A stretch of 63,134 nt of DNA, filler included, from Squatina squatina (lineage: Eukaryota), in the NCBI GenBank assembly GCA_031763465.1. It is 4 parts of 4 records of this genome, joined end to end, with 100 filler letters (N's around TTAATTAATTAA, not from the genome) between each part and the next. Parts side by side here need not be neighbours in the genome. Positions count along the whole stretch, not along the records: positions 50,163 to 63,134 come from JARFOE010000115.1; 3 more parts are not named here. One strand, given 5' to 3'. How positions within the stretch are numbered: the first letter of the stretch is position 1; every line of letters starts with the position of its first letter. Positions 50,063 through 63,134 of the stretch are shown here, in pieces. A program made the translations under genes and the position numbers. Under the pieces are notes generated by a model. It worked only from the letters and a program-made list of their open reading frames with translations, was not told the DNA's origin and searched no databases.

Positions 50063-50162
50063 NNNNNNNNNNNNNNNNNNNNNNNNNNNNNNNNNNNNNN
50101 NNNNNNTTAATTAATTAANNNNNNNNNNNNNNNNNNNNNNNNNNNNNNNNNNNNNNNNNNNN
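50063..50162. other. artificial scaffold-joining spacer N44-TTAATTAATTAA-N44
   Basis: Linker at 50107-50118. Confidence 0.95.
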
Positions 50163-53100
50163 CACTCGTCAAACCAAATGAGAGTTGTTGAGAACTCAAC
50201 ACACTTAGCTTACATGATACCCGAGGGATGGGAACCTCATAAAAGACTTGGTAAAATGGTTAGTACCTGGAAAAATGATGCTTAAATAGCTTTAAGCAGC
50301 TTCTTAACTATCTCAATTGCCCGACACGTCACTTAGTGCCGAGTCTGCAATCCACAGGCAGAACTGGCACTTTGGAAATTCACAAGGAGGCGGGTTCAGA
50401 GTGGGCTTGCACCCTGTCGTCAATCACGGCCATTTTGATAGCGGGCCCCCCTCCAAACTCACACTCACAGATTCCAGCCATAAACTCTGACTTGAGTATT
50501 TCAATTTGGCAAAATAACCATGGAGTGTGTTTTATTAAATATTGGTGTTGGATGGCCCTGTGCTGAGGGACTGAATATAGTCAGTCACCCATAAACCCAG
50601 TTAATAGATAACTATTTTGAGGTAAAGCTGCATTCTTAGAATAAATTGCACCAGGAAACGATGATATCAGAGGAAACAAACTGCAGCCAAAAGAATTATT
50701 CATTTGATTGGCGAGATTAATAATTTTCCCTGCTCAAACCACTTTAGCTCCTCAACCATTCAAAACCATTTATTTCTCTTCAGTCCCACTTCCATTTTGC
50801 TTCAGCTGAAGGAGAAGCTGACTGTTAGCGCGACCACTCGCCGTGCAAAGTAACACGCCTCCTTGCGTTTAGAGTAAACTGATGGGACAGGGCAGCAGTC
50901 CATCCGAGCTTCTAAAAAATATTCAAGGCTTCAAGTTTGCCCATTGGCACCATTAGTGGTTTTACAGCAGCTTCCCCACATGGTTCCTGGCCATCATCAT
51001 GGTGCCGGAATGGTAGAGTTACGCCACAGGTCTTGTGCCAGAGCAATAGTGAGTTGGACCAAACCACTGCAGTGAAAGAGCTGCATTATAAGTAATGCAG
51101 TGTTAAGGCCGAGGTCCGATACTCAATCTGAACACAGTGAAGTCCACCATTACCATTTATTTCCTCCAAGCATGGAGAAGCAACTGACCGTGACACATTG
51201 CCTTATGCATTATTTATGCATCTACCAGGCATTCTATGGCATTGTATATATTTCATGAAGCCTCTTAATTCCACAAATGCCTATCAATGTCAATTTACAT
51301 TAGCAGTGTAGACGCTGACAGGCATATAAACAAGGCTGCCATCCTGACTACAATCTACCTCCCTTCCCATTCTAAACCCGCAAGTGTCGGAGACTGATTA
51401 TGCTCCTCCAGCACCTTTCATTTATAATTGCAGCAGCGAAATAGCAATCTTAAACCATGTATTTATTTGGAGCTGTCAAAACTGAAATAGATATGTTGAT
51501 GAGAATCTCATATCTTTGCTGTAATGAAATGCTAAATTGTCTCTCCAGGAGAGGTCTGCACACATTGGACACCTAACAACAACTGTCACCATCCTAACAG
51601 ACAAACTGCCCCAATGCACTGTGCAGAGTAAGAGGAATGGATGCTAGTCAGGGCAAAAAGTTTAGGAGGGTGATTGGAGGCTTAGGTGAAAAAGGTGGGT
51701 TTTGTGACAGTTTTTTGAAGGAGGAGAAAGACGTAGAGAGCCGGAGAGGTTTANNNNNNNNNNNNNNNNNNNNNNNNNNNNNNNNNNNNNNNNNNNNNNN
51801 NNNNNNNNNNNNNNNNNNNNNNNNNNNNNNNNNNNNNNNNNNNNNNNNNNNNNTTCACAATTCAGCCCTAAAGAACTCATCTTTGGCACATCACCATTGT
51901 AATGTTGGCTTTTGCAAGGGAGCTGTGCGGTAGCATTGCTCTTATCCTCAAATCAAAATTGGATTTTTCTTAAACCATGTACAATTCAGATTTTAATATA
52001 ATGTCATTTTGGACTTGAACGCAACTGGAGACTAAGAAATAATAAACTTTAGGATCTGTATTCAAACATCTGTATTTGAATCCAAATGTGCATCCCCAGA
52101 CCTGCTCTATCCTGATCTTAATGATTTTATCAATTTGCAGTCTCTGACTTTGGACAAGTGCCCTGTGCCTGCACACAGATACACACACCAGTCATTACCA
52201 CCCTGGAATTAACTTAATTAGCATCATTCACAAAGCCTTCAATTCTAATCGGCTGCTAAATTTGGACCAAGTCCAAGCTTACAGTCATTGAAGTGAGCAG
52301 GATTAAAGAACCATTGCCAGGAAAAACACTGCTGCTGTCATTCCTTCTCCAGCCTGGATGACACCACTTCTGCGTGGGTCACATTTCCAGCTCTCTGTAG
52401 CATTGTGCCTGATTGTTTGCTCAGAGCTCAGCGACTGAGGTGCGGGCCTCCTGCATTGATGCACACTTTCCCACCATCCACAAATGGCATCGGACAAAGA
52501 ACTATGTAAATCGGTAAGAGGGAAAGAATTCCAAATGGGGATAATTGCACAGGCAGAATAGCTTACAGCCAGGATTTGTGTTCCCCACTGGATCGCCAAT
52601 AACAAACACAAATAATGGCAAAATTGAAGCTTTTAAAAGGGGCTGTCAAGTGCTCAAAGAGGAGGCAACTGCTAATTTAAGGCCATTGAGTAAAGTTCAA
52701 TACTGTAGGCAGTTAGCAAGGCAAGCTGCAATTTACTGCCGCTAATAAACATAAATAAAGCTGATTGTTACTGGTGCAGTGAACTTGCTTTGCTGCACAC
52801 GGGAGGCTTCGGGCTCGCAGATCAGCTAGTGAGCCGACACCAGTTCACAGAGAAACGCTGTGTTCAAACCTCGCCNNNNNNNNNNNNNNNNNNNNNNNNN
52901 NNNNNNNNNNNNNNNNNNNNNNNNNNNNNNNNNNNNNNNNNNNNNNNNNNNNNNNNNNNNNNNNNNNNNNNNNNNGGGGATTTACCTACTTATCCAGGGG
53001 TAATATTTTCATTTCGTTTTCAAACCTACGGTGCACGATTTAGGAATATCAGCATATTTCATCTTCCCGGAGGATTTTGAAGGCATGCAAGTTCAGTCAG

Positions 53101-53989
53101 AATTGAAATTCAGTCTTTGTATCTGTGCACCAAAGTCATACTAACCAGCTCACGACTGGGAATGGTGTATTACAAATATCCCAGGTCAGAGAGCTTCCAT
53201 ACATGGCAGCCAACAGATATTGGAGATCAGAGATACTGTCATTTGGCTTTGCTATCAGGCAATCTCAGAAATAGACAGGTTAGTATTTCCAATTTATCCA
53301 CAATCGGCTTCTGCAAATTTATAAGATGAGTTCCCCAGTGTTATTATATTGGCCTACAGACTGTAACATTGGATCAAGACAGGGCTTGATCAAGGCTTTT
53401 CATTTTTCGAGGGAGATTGCCTCAGGAAAGCAATCATACTCTGAAGGCTACACTCACTGTCCTACAGCAGAATCCAGCCATGCGGCTATGTTGAGGGAAA
53501 ATGTGCAGTTTGAATTCTGAGGTTGACTTCAGGAATGTCTTGCGACTTTGATGCACATGTGAGCAGAATTGGAGGATGCTAGCATTGTTTGATCTGGCCA
53601 AGATCGGAGACTACAAGAAGCAGCAGCCTCAACTATGAGATACCATCAACGTATGTTCACGTAGGAAGTGTGTCCAAAGGGGATTGAAGTAGAGAATTTA
53701 AATGGGGAATTTTTAGTGCCAAAAGATCATCCAGAATGACTAGGTTTGGAAAATGCCAAGTTTGGATTATCCAGGATGGAAATGGGTAGTGTAAGTATCA
53801 GCAGCAAAGTGGATAGCATGGGAAGCTGCTGCAGTGTCTATCATGGTGCCGGAATTGGTATGTGTACGATCCGAGAAGGATGATAACATGAGAAGGCAAA
53901 GCGTGCAGAATCCGAGGAAGTCATCGCTGAGCCTGTGGAATTAGACCAGAGGAGGAATAAAGTGTAGGTAACAATCAGTTTTATTTTTG

Positions 53990-54620
53990 CTCCTGAGATG
54001 TGGGTGATGTTGGCTAAGCTGCATTTATTGCCCAAGCTGACGTACCCGGATAAGCTGATGGTGGGCCATCTGTTTTTAATTGTTGCAGTCCTTGTGGTGA
54101 CGAGATTGGTTGAAGAAGTCCAGAATATTGCCCCAGTGACAATGAAGGAATGATGGCATGTGTCTATGTCAGGTTGCTGAGTGATTAGAAGAAACTGGAG
54201 GCAGTGGTATTACCATGATATTGCTGCTCTTGACTATCTCAATGGTAGAGGTTGCAGGGCTGGGAGATACTGTCGGAGTAAGTTTGGAGCGTTGCTGCGT
54301 TGTGAAGGGGGTGAAGATTGAGTTCAGTGGCTGAGACAGATGAAGTGGATTGTCTTGTCCCGGATGCTGAACTACTTGACTTGTGGCTACACCCATCCAG
54401 CTGAGTGGTGAGTATTCATCAAACTCCAGATTTGAGCTGAAGATAGTGGAGAAACTGAGTCAGTAGGTGAACCGTTGTTCAAAATACTCAGTTGCTGCCT
54501 TACTCTTGTAGTCATGGTATTGTTGTGGCTGGTCCAATTAAGCTTCTGGTCAGTGGTGACGCTCAGGATGAAAACTGGTGCCTTTGAAAGTCATGGGGAG
54601 GAGGACGGGCTTTATCCTAT
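53990..54620 (-). mobile_element. degenerate non-LTR retrotransposon 3' portion
   Basis: gatgtgggtgatgttggctaagctgcatttattgccc...cttgacttgtggctacacccatccag...ggctggtccaattaagcttctggtcagtggtgac matches a common reversed shark LINE end as recalled. Confidence 0.55.
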
Positions 54621-55604
54621 NNNNNNNNNNNNNNNNNNNNNNNNNNNNNNNNNNNNNNNNNNNNNNNNNNNNNNNNNNNNNNNNNNNNNNNNNNNNNNNN
54701 NNNNNNNNNNNNNNNNNNNNCGAAGGTGAAAGGACTTCCTGTGATAATTATTTTTGTCTTAAGTAATGCACAAAACAAAGTGATTAGACTTTGATTTTTC
54801 TGAATTTCTGCTCTTTCTACCAGAATAGAGCTTCAACTTTTTGTTATCTCTATTTTGAAGTAGCTCTTAATATGTTGGATACATTATTGTTGTAATAAGT
54901 CTTCAATGGCCAAGCCCGCTGTTATACTACTTACCCGAGACCATCAGCTTAGAATGGTTTGCCACTTTAATAAATATCTAGTTAATTGGTTTTCAAGTAG
55001 TATGGCATTGAAGTGGCCTTGGCTAATTGGTGCTACACCTAGCATTGTGGATGGTCAAGGGGAACAGGGTTCTCTTCCCTATAGATATCAAGTCTAACTC
55101 TTTTCCACTTTGCCATTCAGTGCCAGTAATAGCACGGCCGAATGCACAACATAGTAACACACCATAAACCAAGAAGAACACTCCTAGTGCATCAGAGCAA
55201 TTTTTTCTATTTGCGATGTTAGCTTCCCTTTATGGTCTCTTCAAGTGGGATTTAGTTCCAATGCATGCCCTAGATCAGCACACCATAGGAACAAGGTTGA
55301 AACTACCCAAACCCATTTCACCTTGAACCCTCACATCAGAGAGATTTCCATCCCGTTGGTAAGATTAAAATTGTTGAGTGGAACACCCATATAATTTCTT
55401 AAGCAAAAGAAACGTGCAACTTGCAATCAAGTCGGACTACCCCTCCACACACTGCTAATTAACAGTTTGGCTTGGGAGCCTTCTCATTTTGACGCCTTGA
55501 GAGCGAGGAAGTGAGAAGTGGAGAGAAACAACAAGCTCCTCAGAATGCAAGGGCTCTTCTGTTAGACAGCTAATCCTTCTCTGTGAATACTCTTACTAGG
55601 GTGT

Positions 55605-55914
55605 AAATTAATTTGGCAGAATTTCAAACAACAGGCTGGCAATAATTGCTACAGGGAGCTGTCGCCTACAGCTCATTTCATCACCAATGTGTTGCTTCCA
55701 ATGATACCATGCAATTAGTAACTGATAATAATATAGACTGACAAGAGCTAAACAATCCAAACCCATCAGACACCTGCTTTTGCTGAGCATCAGCAGGGCA
55801 TCATTTACTAAATCTGACATTTCCCTGAATCGGTATTAGGCTTTAAAATACTTCATACTTTCGGTCCAATTATTCTTAATGGCTAAATTGCATATTCATT
55901 TGCAGCGATACGCC
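55605..55914. promoter_or_regulatory. candidate conserved non-coding enhancer element
   Basis: Non-repetitive, with dense TAAT/ATTA, AACAAT (Sox), TGACA (Meis/TALE), CACCTG (E-box) and TTGCATATTCAT (POU) motifs. Conservation is untested. Confidence 0.4.
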
Positions 55915-57420
55915 NNNNNNNNNNNNNNNNNNNNNNNNNNNNNNNNNNNNNNNNNNNNNNNNNNNNNNNNNNNNNNNNNNNNNNNNNNNNNNNNNNNNNN
56001 NNNNNNNNNNNNNNTGGGAGGCATTTCATTTTCCCCCATACTATTTCAATTTGAATGATCAAATACTTCAATTTAAGCGCCTTTCAATTCGGCGGAATAT
56101 CGCTTTCAGTGCTAGAGATTAGTAAAAGCCTTGCCATTTCAGTTTATTCGGTAATCTTTTTAGTTTGGAAACCCTTCTGAAAAGGAATGAAGTGTTATTA
56201 AATCATAAGCTTTCGCAAAGAATAAGATAGGAGAAAACCTTATTAGTAAGGCGGAGCAAAACATTCAGGGAATGCAAACCCGTTACTCACAAATTCTCCC
56301 GCAGTAGTGTGCTAATGACTACTATCTGTCTACTGGCAAAAAAGGCCACTCTTTTTCTAATTTGTCAAGGCGTGCTGCTATAATTAGGAGCTGCAGTCCA
56401 TTAGGGATGTCAATGTAAAATGGTAATTGTAATGTAGTGCTTTATTAAACCGTTTGCTGTATTGTTGAAATGAAGAAAAACATACTATTAGCACTATGCA
56501 CACACGCACAAAAAAACGATTTCCCTTTATTTATCCAGCCTGTATAAATGATGTACCTGACCTCCTTGGCCTGGGGCTGCTCATATATCCAGGTGACATC
56601 AAAAGGGGTCAAACAGGCAGCTTAACTTGAGAGTTATAGAATGCACTAAGTGGACAGTGGTCATCACAAGATTTTATTGGTGTTTGGCCCTATGTTTTTA
56701 TGGAAAAACCAGGGAAGCAATGTTTGAATAATTGACTTAATTACAACAACCCATGATAATTCAGGGAACCAAAAATACCAAACAGTTCCTCTGCAGGCAC
56801 AAGCCTACTCTTGGAGGAGAATTCCATTTTGAACGAAATATTCACTTGCTTGGTAAAGAGAGGAACCCATTTTTCACTCATTTCACCTTGTTAAAAAAAA
56901 AACCTAAGGGGCATGCTGAGTGTGCAAAACAATCACTAACGCAGAAGGCAAAAGGACCTTTGTGACTCCTAGGTGCATGCTTGCAAGACCTCCATTACAA
57001 TAGCTCAACCTTTCCTCTGAGTACGTCATGCTGAATGCTGTTTTTGACTATATCCCCCATCGTGTAACAGTAATAGGGTTCTACTGGGGCATGAAAATAG
57101 AGTCCAGTCTCAATTGTCCCAACACAGTTTTAGACAACAATGAAAAAGATTTCAAGTTCTTGGCAAAGAGGGGTTAAATTGGGGGGAGGGGTGAAAGTGA
57201 AGAGATTACAAACATAAATTAGACGTCACAGAGGCGAGATGAAGAATATGCAGTGTGCTCAAACATTTCATAAGCGTTTGCAAAAAATGCGCATAAAATA
57301 GATTGTCTGAGGTAGAGCAGGACACTGGTCCTCCAACAGGCCATGACTACAATCAAGAATTAGATTACCTTACAAGAGTTAATCACCCCGGCTTCTGTCA
57401 CACACTAGTACTTTATAAAT

Positions 57421-57518
57421 AAAAACAGAAAATGCTGGAAATACTCAGCAGGTCAGGCAGCATCTGTGGAGAAAGAAACAGAGTTAACGTTTCAGTTCGA
57501 TGACCCTTCGTCAGAACT
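57421..57518 (-). mobile_element. Penelope-type terminal repeat segment containing a hammerhead motif
   Basis: Minus strand agttctgacgaagggtcatcgaactgaaacgttaactctg...acctgctgagtatttccagcattttctg. Confidence 0.8.
57482..57518 (-). ncRNA. minimal type I hammerhead ribozyme motif
   Basis: Core CUGACGA (57514-57508), short stem II, GAAA, palindromic ACGU stem III, GUU triplet, and AGUU/AACU stem I. Confidence 0.65.
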
Positions 57519-57526
57519 GTTCTCTG

Positions 57527-58365
57527 TTAATAGGCCAGTTATCCGAACCTCGGTGGTGGGAAAATGATTGGAAAATATTCTGAGGGACAGGATAAATCTT
57601 CATTTAGAAAGACACGGAATAAATCAAGGACAGTCAGCGTGGATTTATTAAGGGAAGGTTGTGTCTAACTAACTTGATTGCATCTTTTGAGGAGGTAACA
57701 AGGAGGGTCGATGAGGGTACTGCGTTTGAACTAGTCTAGATGGATTTTAGTAAGGCTTTTGATAAGGTCCCACATGGCAGACTGGTCAAAAGCCCATGGG
57801 ATCCAAGGCAAAGTGGTAAGCTGGATCCAAAATCAGCTCAGAGGCAGGAAACAAAGGGCAATGGTCGATGGGTGTTTTTGTGACTGGAAGGCTATTTCCC
57901 AATGGGGTTCTGCAGGGCTCAGGATTCAGTCCCTTGCTTTTTGTGGCATATATCAATGATTTAGACTTGAATGTAGCGGGGTATGATTAAGAAGTTTGCA
58001 GATGAAACAAAAATTGGCTGTTGGGTTGATAATGAAGGGGAAAGCTGCAGACTGCAGGAAGATAGCAATGGGGTGGTCAGAGGGACCTTGGAGGTCCACA
58101 AATTCCTGGAGGTAGCAGGACAGGCAGATAAGCTGGTTAAGGTGGCATACAGGATACTTGGCGTTATTAGCCGATGCAGAAAATATAAGAGCAGGGATTA
58201 ATTAGGCTACAGCTGGAGTACTTTGTGCAGTTCTGGTCACATTACAGGAAAGATGTGATTACACTAGAGAGGATACAGAGGAGATTTGAAGAATTTTAGC
58301 TATGAGGAAAGATTGGATAGGCTGGGGATGTTTTCTTTGGAACAATGGCAGCAGAGGGGAGACCT
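57527..58365 (+). mobile_element. CR1-type LINE reverse transcriptase remnant with internal deletions
   Basis: Degenerate RPV..TSVVGK, SQ.GF.KG..CLTNLI..FEEVT, MDFSKAFDKVPH, GIQGKV..WI, YINDLD, IKKFADETKIG, LEY.VQFW and SYEERLDRLGMFSLE, with stops and frameshifts. Confidence 0.93.
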
Positions 58366-59389
58366 NNNNNNNNNNNNNNNNNNNNNNNNNNNNNNNNNNN
58401 NNNNNNNNNNNNNNNNNNNNNNNNNNNNNNNNNNNNNNNNNNNNNNNNNNNNNNNNNNNNNNNNNTTGTCATCTTTTCCAATAACCTTTCTGCTGTGTGA
58501 ATTCAATGGAAGTCAGACTGCTACAGCGGTGATAAAGACACATCTACATTGTGCTGAAGAAAAGTCACAATATTCAGGCAGTAGTAAATCCAGCCTCAAT
58601 AAAAAAAGCCTCAACCTGCCAGTCCAGTTCTCTGAACTGACACAAAGCCTCTTACATCCTTACTCAAACATTCTGTTGCACAACAGATGACCCATTTGGC
58701 TGTTTAACGAGGTCTGTTAATTAATGGTTTGTGTGAATATCAGCTACTTATGTCAGTGGTGATGCATTTCAGAGAGGCAAAGGGAAATAAGATTAGCAAT
58801 CCCACACCAAGGCCTTTGACATGATTGATGTTATCCTGCATTACGCTATCACTAATTTCTCAAGTTTATTTAAAAAAAAACTGTTTGAAACTGCTGAGGT
58901 AATTTAAACTGTGAGACCTCAGCACTAAGGTGCTTTGGAATTTGCTTTGTTTTGTACATTTTAGTATAATTAAGCTGTATTTTTTTTTATAAACAGCCAA
59001 AATGGGATTAATACAGCTTCCAAAAGACATGGCGAAAAATCAATCCTGAAGCATTTCCAATGCCAGATCCCTTTTATATTGGGTTCGTTCAAGGGAAATA
59101 AATGGCCACATGATTAATCGCTGGTTGCCCGATAAGCTTTGACAGAATGAAATGTCAACGGTTGGCCACATAGCTGCTTAAAGGGTATTAAAGGTTGTCT
59201 TCCTGTGCACGTTCCCTGGACAATAGCGTGCTTCAAGATTTTTCAATTGTAATACAAAACCAACAAGTAATATTGCTAGTTGGTTGGGAAGGCACATACA
59301 ATTGATATAGGGGGATGAAACAAAATTTGGCTCATGAAAAATCTTAGCAAGAGCAACCTTGGTATTGAAGGAGGGCAATGAATCTACAA

Positions 59390-59546
59390 GCAACAACAAC
59401 TTACATTTCTATAGCGCCTTTGATGCAGTAAATCGTCCCATGGTGCTTCACAGAGGCGTTATCAGACAAAATTTGGTCCAAGAGGTAGGTTTAAAGGAGG
59501 AATGAGTGGTAGCAAGGATAGGGTGGGAATTTCAAAGCTTAAGGCC
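59390..59546 (-). mobile_element. L2-clade LINE 3' tail
   Basis: caacaacaacttacatttctatagcgcctttgatgcagtaaatcgtcccatggtgcttcacagaggcgttatcagacaaaattt. Confidence 0.8.
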
Positions 59547-61589
59547 NNNNNNNNNNNNNNNNNNNNNNNNNNNNNNNNNNNNNNNNNNNNNNNNNNNNNN
59601 NNNNNNNNNNNNNNNNNNNNNNNNNNNNNNNNNNNNNNNNNNNNNNATCTACTGCGTGGAAGGAGCCTAACCAAAATCACTGAACATTACTGTGTTAAAA
59701 TGTAGAGGCTTTATTTCCATAGTTACATAATCGAGCCAGCATGGCTGCTACTGACATGAATGTTTCTGATTTGTTGTGGGGATTTTGAAACTGCCAACAA
59801 CTTGTTTAATTGTAAAACTGTAAAATTAGTATCTTAGGAACAGTATCTGAGTCAGCAGTAAGCAGCATATTTGTGGAAAGAACATCTGCTTGGTTGATGC
59901 AAACCTGGATTTATATATCCACCTACAGACACAAGTTAAGCTGCTTCTTTTCTCTGTATAAATCACAAAGCCCTAGACTATAATAGGCTATTATGAATTA
60001 GGGCTAAGACATTTGCTATTCATGACAATTTAGCAAAATTTGAAAGAAAAGCCAAGCATGACACCTTAATTTCATTCCTGAACGATGACATCTTTATAGT
60101 GTGGAAGTCAGGACATAAGTCAGTCATTGGCTCCAAGCAATTCTGAAGGCCACATGTGTTACGCATACCACTAAACCACATTACAGGAGGATAGCAAGGA
60201 CACTTGATCCTATAAGGACATAACTGAGAAATAAATTCGGAGGAAACAGCATATCAAACTTGGCTGTTTCAAAAAATCTATAAAGATTGCCAACAGCAAA
60301 ACTTCCATGGCTGTTAGTCCTGCCTGTTGAACTTTCCTAGACAATATTGCCACCCTTGCAATCAGCAGTTTGAAACACGATTAACCATTACCTCAAGTTG
60401 TTGCAGTCACTTCCATGTTACGTACCTTAACATACAATTTATTTTATTAACGTTATGTATACAATTCAGCAATTCTTGCTAATAATTCATAATTGACAAT
60501 CATTTATTCTTCACCTCGTGTTGCCTAACATGTGCGCATGAGAAAAGGTACAGCTATGAGGCCAAACAACTCCTCCTACAAACCATCACTGGTGCCTTGG
60601 AAAAGACGCGTTTTATGGCTTAAGTGATGGGGCCCGATGAACACACTTTGGTGGTCACATGAGATTGCTGCTTTAAGAGTATTTTGCTGAACGATATGCC
60701 AGAATGTGAATTAAAACTATTGGGACTTGTAATGCATTGAAGTACAACAAATAGGTTTTATCTATTTCACTGCAACAGCAGGATCACAATAGGGGAGCCA
60801 CACAAATTCCTCAAGAGAGGTTGATTTAGAATACAATCCTCATGTTGAAAATGAGCCACTGCAAAATAGTGGTGACCTGCTTAACCCTAAGTGTAGTTCA
60901 TTACTTTATTTCCCACAGTGTTGACTCCTTCTTGGGTGGGAACTGATTAGGTGATTGGTGGGACGACGGTATACTACCAGAAAGGCATGACTAAGGCCTC
61001 TAGGGTGAGGGAGTGTGTGTTGGTAGATGGAGAAGTCTTTCCTCACCTGCTCTGCTTGTTTCTGGTTATGGAGCATGATCTCCCTGAATTTCTACCTGTT
61101 GGACTTGTGCCCAGGATCACTCCTAATTTTTTTCTTGCTTTCGTTCCCTCCATGTCTCTATCCTTCCCAACCCNNNNNNNNNNNNNNNNNNNNNNNNNNN
61201 NNNNNNNNNNNNNNNNNNNNNNNNNNNNNNNNNNNNNNNNNNNNNNNNNNNNNNNNNNNNNNNNNNNNNNNNNGGAGCTCACCTGAGCCAGGAGCCCTGC
61301 TGGAGTCAGAGCAGGGCTACTTGATGTGAAGTTGTATATAGGCCCAGCCTGGACATCGTGTTAGTCTAGAGCTGGAGCATCTGTCAATCAATACAGACAG
61401 TTGTGTTAAGCAGTGCGTCGACTAAGTTATTCCAGCTCCACCCTGCACGCGATACATAAAAGGAATATTGGTCAGGACACCAGAAGAATTGCTAGCTGTT
61501 CCTCATTAAGTGTTTTGAGAGATCTTATTCTTTTGTTCCTTGATCTGTTTAGCTTGAATAGCCTATCTATATGAACAGAATCTAATCCT

Positions 61590-62085
61590 TTCACTACTTG
61601 AAAGACCCCAATCTTATCTCCTCAAAGCCTATGTCTTTCTAGCTCTCCAAGGTCATACTAGAAACTAAGAGCCCTTAAACTAGGTATTAATCGTGTGACC
61701 TTCCTTTGAACCTTTTCAATATACCCCATCATGTGAAGGAATCAAAACGGGAAATAGCTTTTAGATGCAGCCTGACCAAGGTCTCATACATGGAAAGGTT
61801 TGTACTTCTTGTTTTATCTTTAATTGTCTTGGAAATACATCCTAACAGCCTATTTTCTTGCACATTAACCTCATAATACTGGTACTGGACTTTCAATGCA
61901 TCATGTACTAGAAACCCCAGGTCTTCGCCTGCTAAGCAGCCTTAAGCAAGCAACTCAGCATGGTGTCTACCTGCTTAGAATTGCCCGAACCTAAGTGCAT
62001 CACTCTACATTTGTCTATATTAAAAGACATCTGCCTGACATGGACCCATTTCCCCATTATATCTAGATCTGCTTGCAATCTATTA
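61590..62085 (-). mobile_element. old CR1-type LINE ORF2 3' fragment
   Basis: Reversed motifs gcagcctgaccaaggtctcataca, tactagaaaccccaggtctt (DLGFLV) and cctaagtgcatcactctacatttgtctatattaaa (FNIDKCRVMHLG). Confidence 0.75.
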
Positions 62086-63134
62086 TTACAAAAAAAGATT
62101 CATTTTGATGTCTCAGTGAACAGCAGACACACTCTTGTGTACTTACCAAATCAATAGTTTTAGCTCTCTTCTTAGATGCTTCATCACACCATGTCTCGCA
62201 CCACAGCCAGTGCTGGGGAAGGGATTTAATAGGCACTTGATGGATCATGTTGTTAGGCAGGTCCTGTAAAACAAATTTACCAGACAAAAACAAAGTGAGT
62301 AATTTTAAGCAGTTTCTGATTATTATGGATTTCTGCACCTTTAAATTAATAAGTTCCATTAATTACTATTCCTGTGATTTAAACTTGTTTACATTATAGA
62401 GAAAAGCTGCTACTGCCCACACAACTACCAATTCACGGGGAGGACATCTGATGCCGCGAATGCGTTCAAACTAGCGCAGAAGCAACACATTCATTGTGAG
62501 ATAGTATCCTGAGACATGACACGGGTGAGATAAAGTTGATGGGAACATATTGTTATATCTGATATATTTAGCAAACTGTTTCGGATACAAAAGGGGCTGT
62601 CCTTCCCAACGAATGATTCGTATCAATGATAAAACTTAAATCCTCATGAATGAAATACATATGAACGAATGGAGCACCAAATGACACAATTTTCCTTTAG
62701 ATATAATGGTGTATAGTGCCTAGTTGTAGGCAGCGACTACATTCGCCCTTCCATTTCCTAAGTTATTTTTTTAGTCGGTATGGAGTTAGCCCCACCAAGT
62801 GCCTATTAATCCTTGTGTTCGAATCACATACTAATGGGTCTTCAGATGACACTACTTAAGTTCCTTCCCCGCATCTGTGTAGGTGAAACAAGCTAAACAT
62901 TTTACCAATTAGTCCAGTAACACAGTAACAGAACTGGCTGAGGTGACAATGGTGGGCGAGTTGCAGTGAATGGCTTTAGTCGCTATTCGAGACGGTGATT
63001 AAGGCCGCTGACAGATGTGACGGATCAGCGGAGAGCCTCCAGCTACCGAACAGGCGGCTGTACAATGGAATTACACGGAAGCCGAGGGGCTGATTAGGGA
63101 ATTAACAGAGGAATGTGGGAGGGCGAGGAACCTG

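Overview
Fragmented vertebrate draft-genome sequence. The repeat content (L2, CR1, Penelope-like and Harbinger elements, tRNA-derived SINEs) points to a shark or other cartilaginous fish, which is an inference. The window is not one locus: three artificial 100-nt spacers (N44-TTAATTAATTAA-N44 at 16501-16600, 31059-31158, 50063-50162) join four scaffolds, each broken by many 10-N and 100-N gaps. Recognisable exons are a TRAF4-family exon (14394-14498, -), a PRDM5 PR/SET exon (23395-23517, -) and the large last exon of NDNF (25278-26683, -), the last two in the human 4q27 order. Several unidentified splice-consistent exons are also present. The most notable anomaly is NDNF: it is highly conserved yet has an in-frame TGA at a conserved Cys, and a 171-nt block (130 nt unrelated DNA plus 41 N) sits where about 57 codons should be. 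Other points of interest are a minimal hammerhead ribozyme in a Penelope-type terminal repeat, an inverted-terminus Penelope insertion, a 22-bp hairpin beside a nested insertion, and CNE-like blocks in the last scaffold. No convincingly new multi-gene system is supported. All homology calls are from memory of the families, not from searches.
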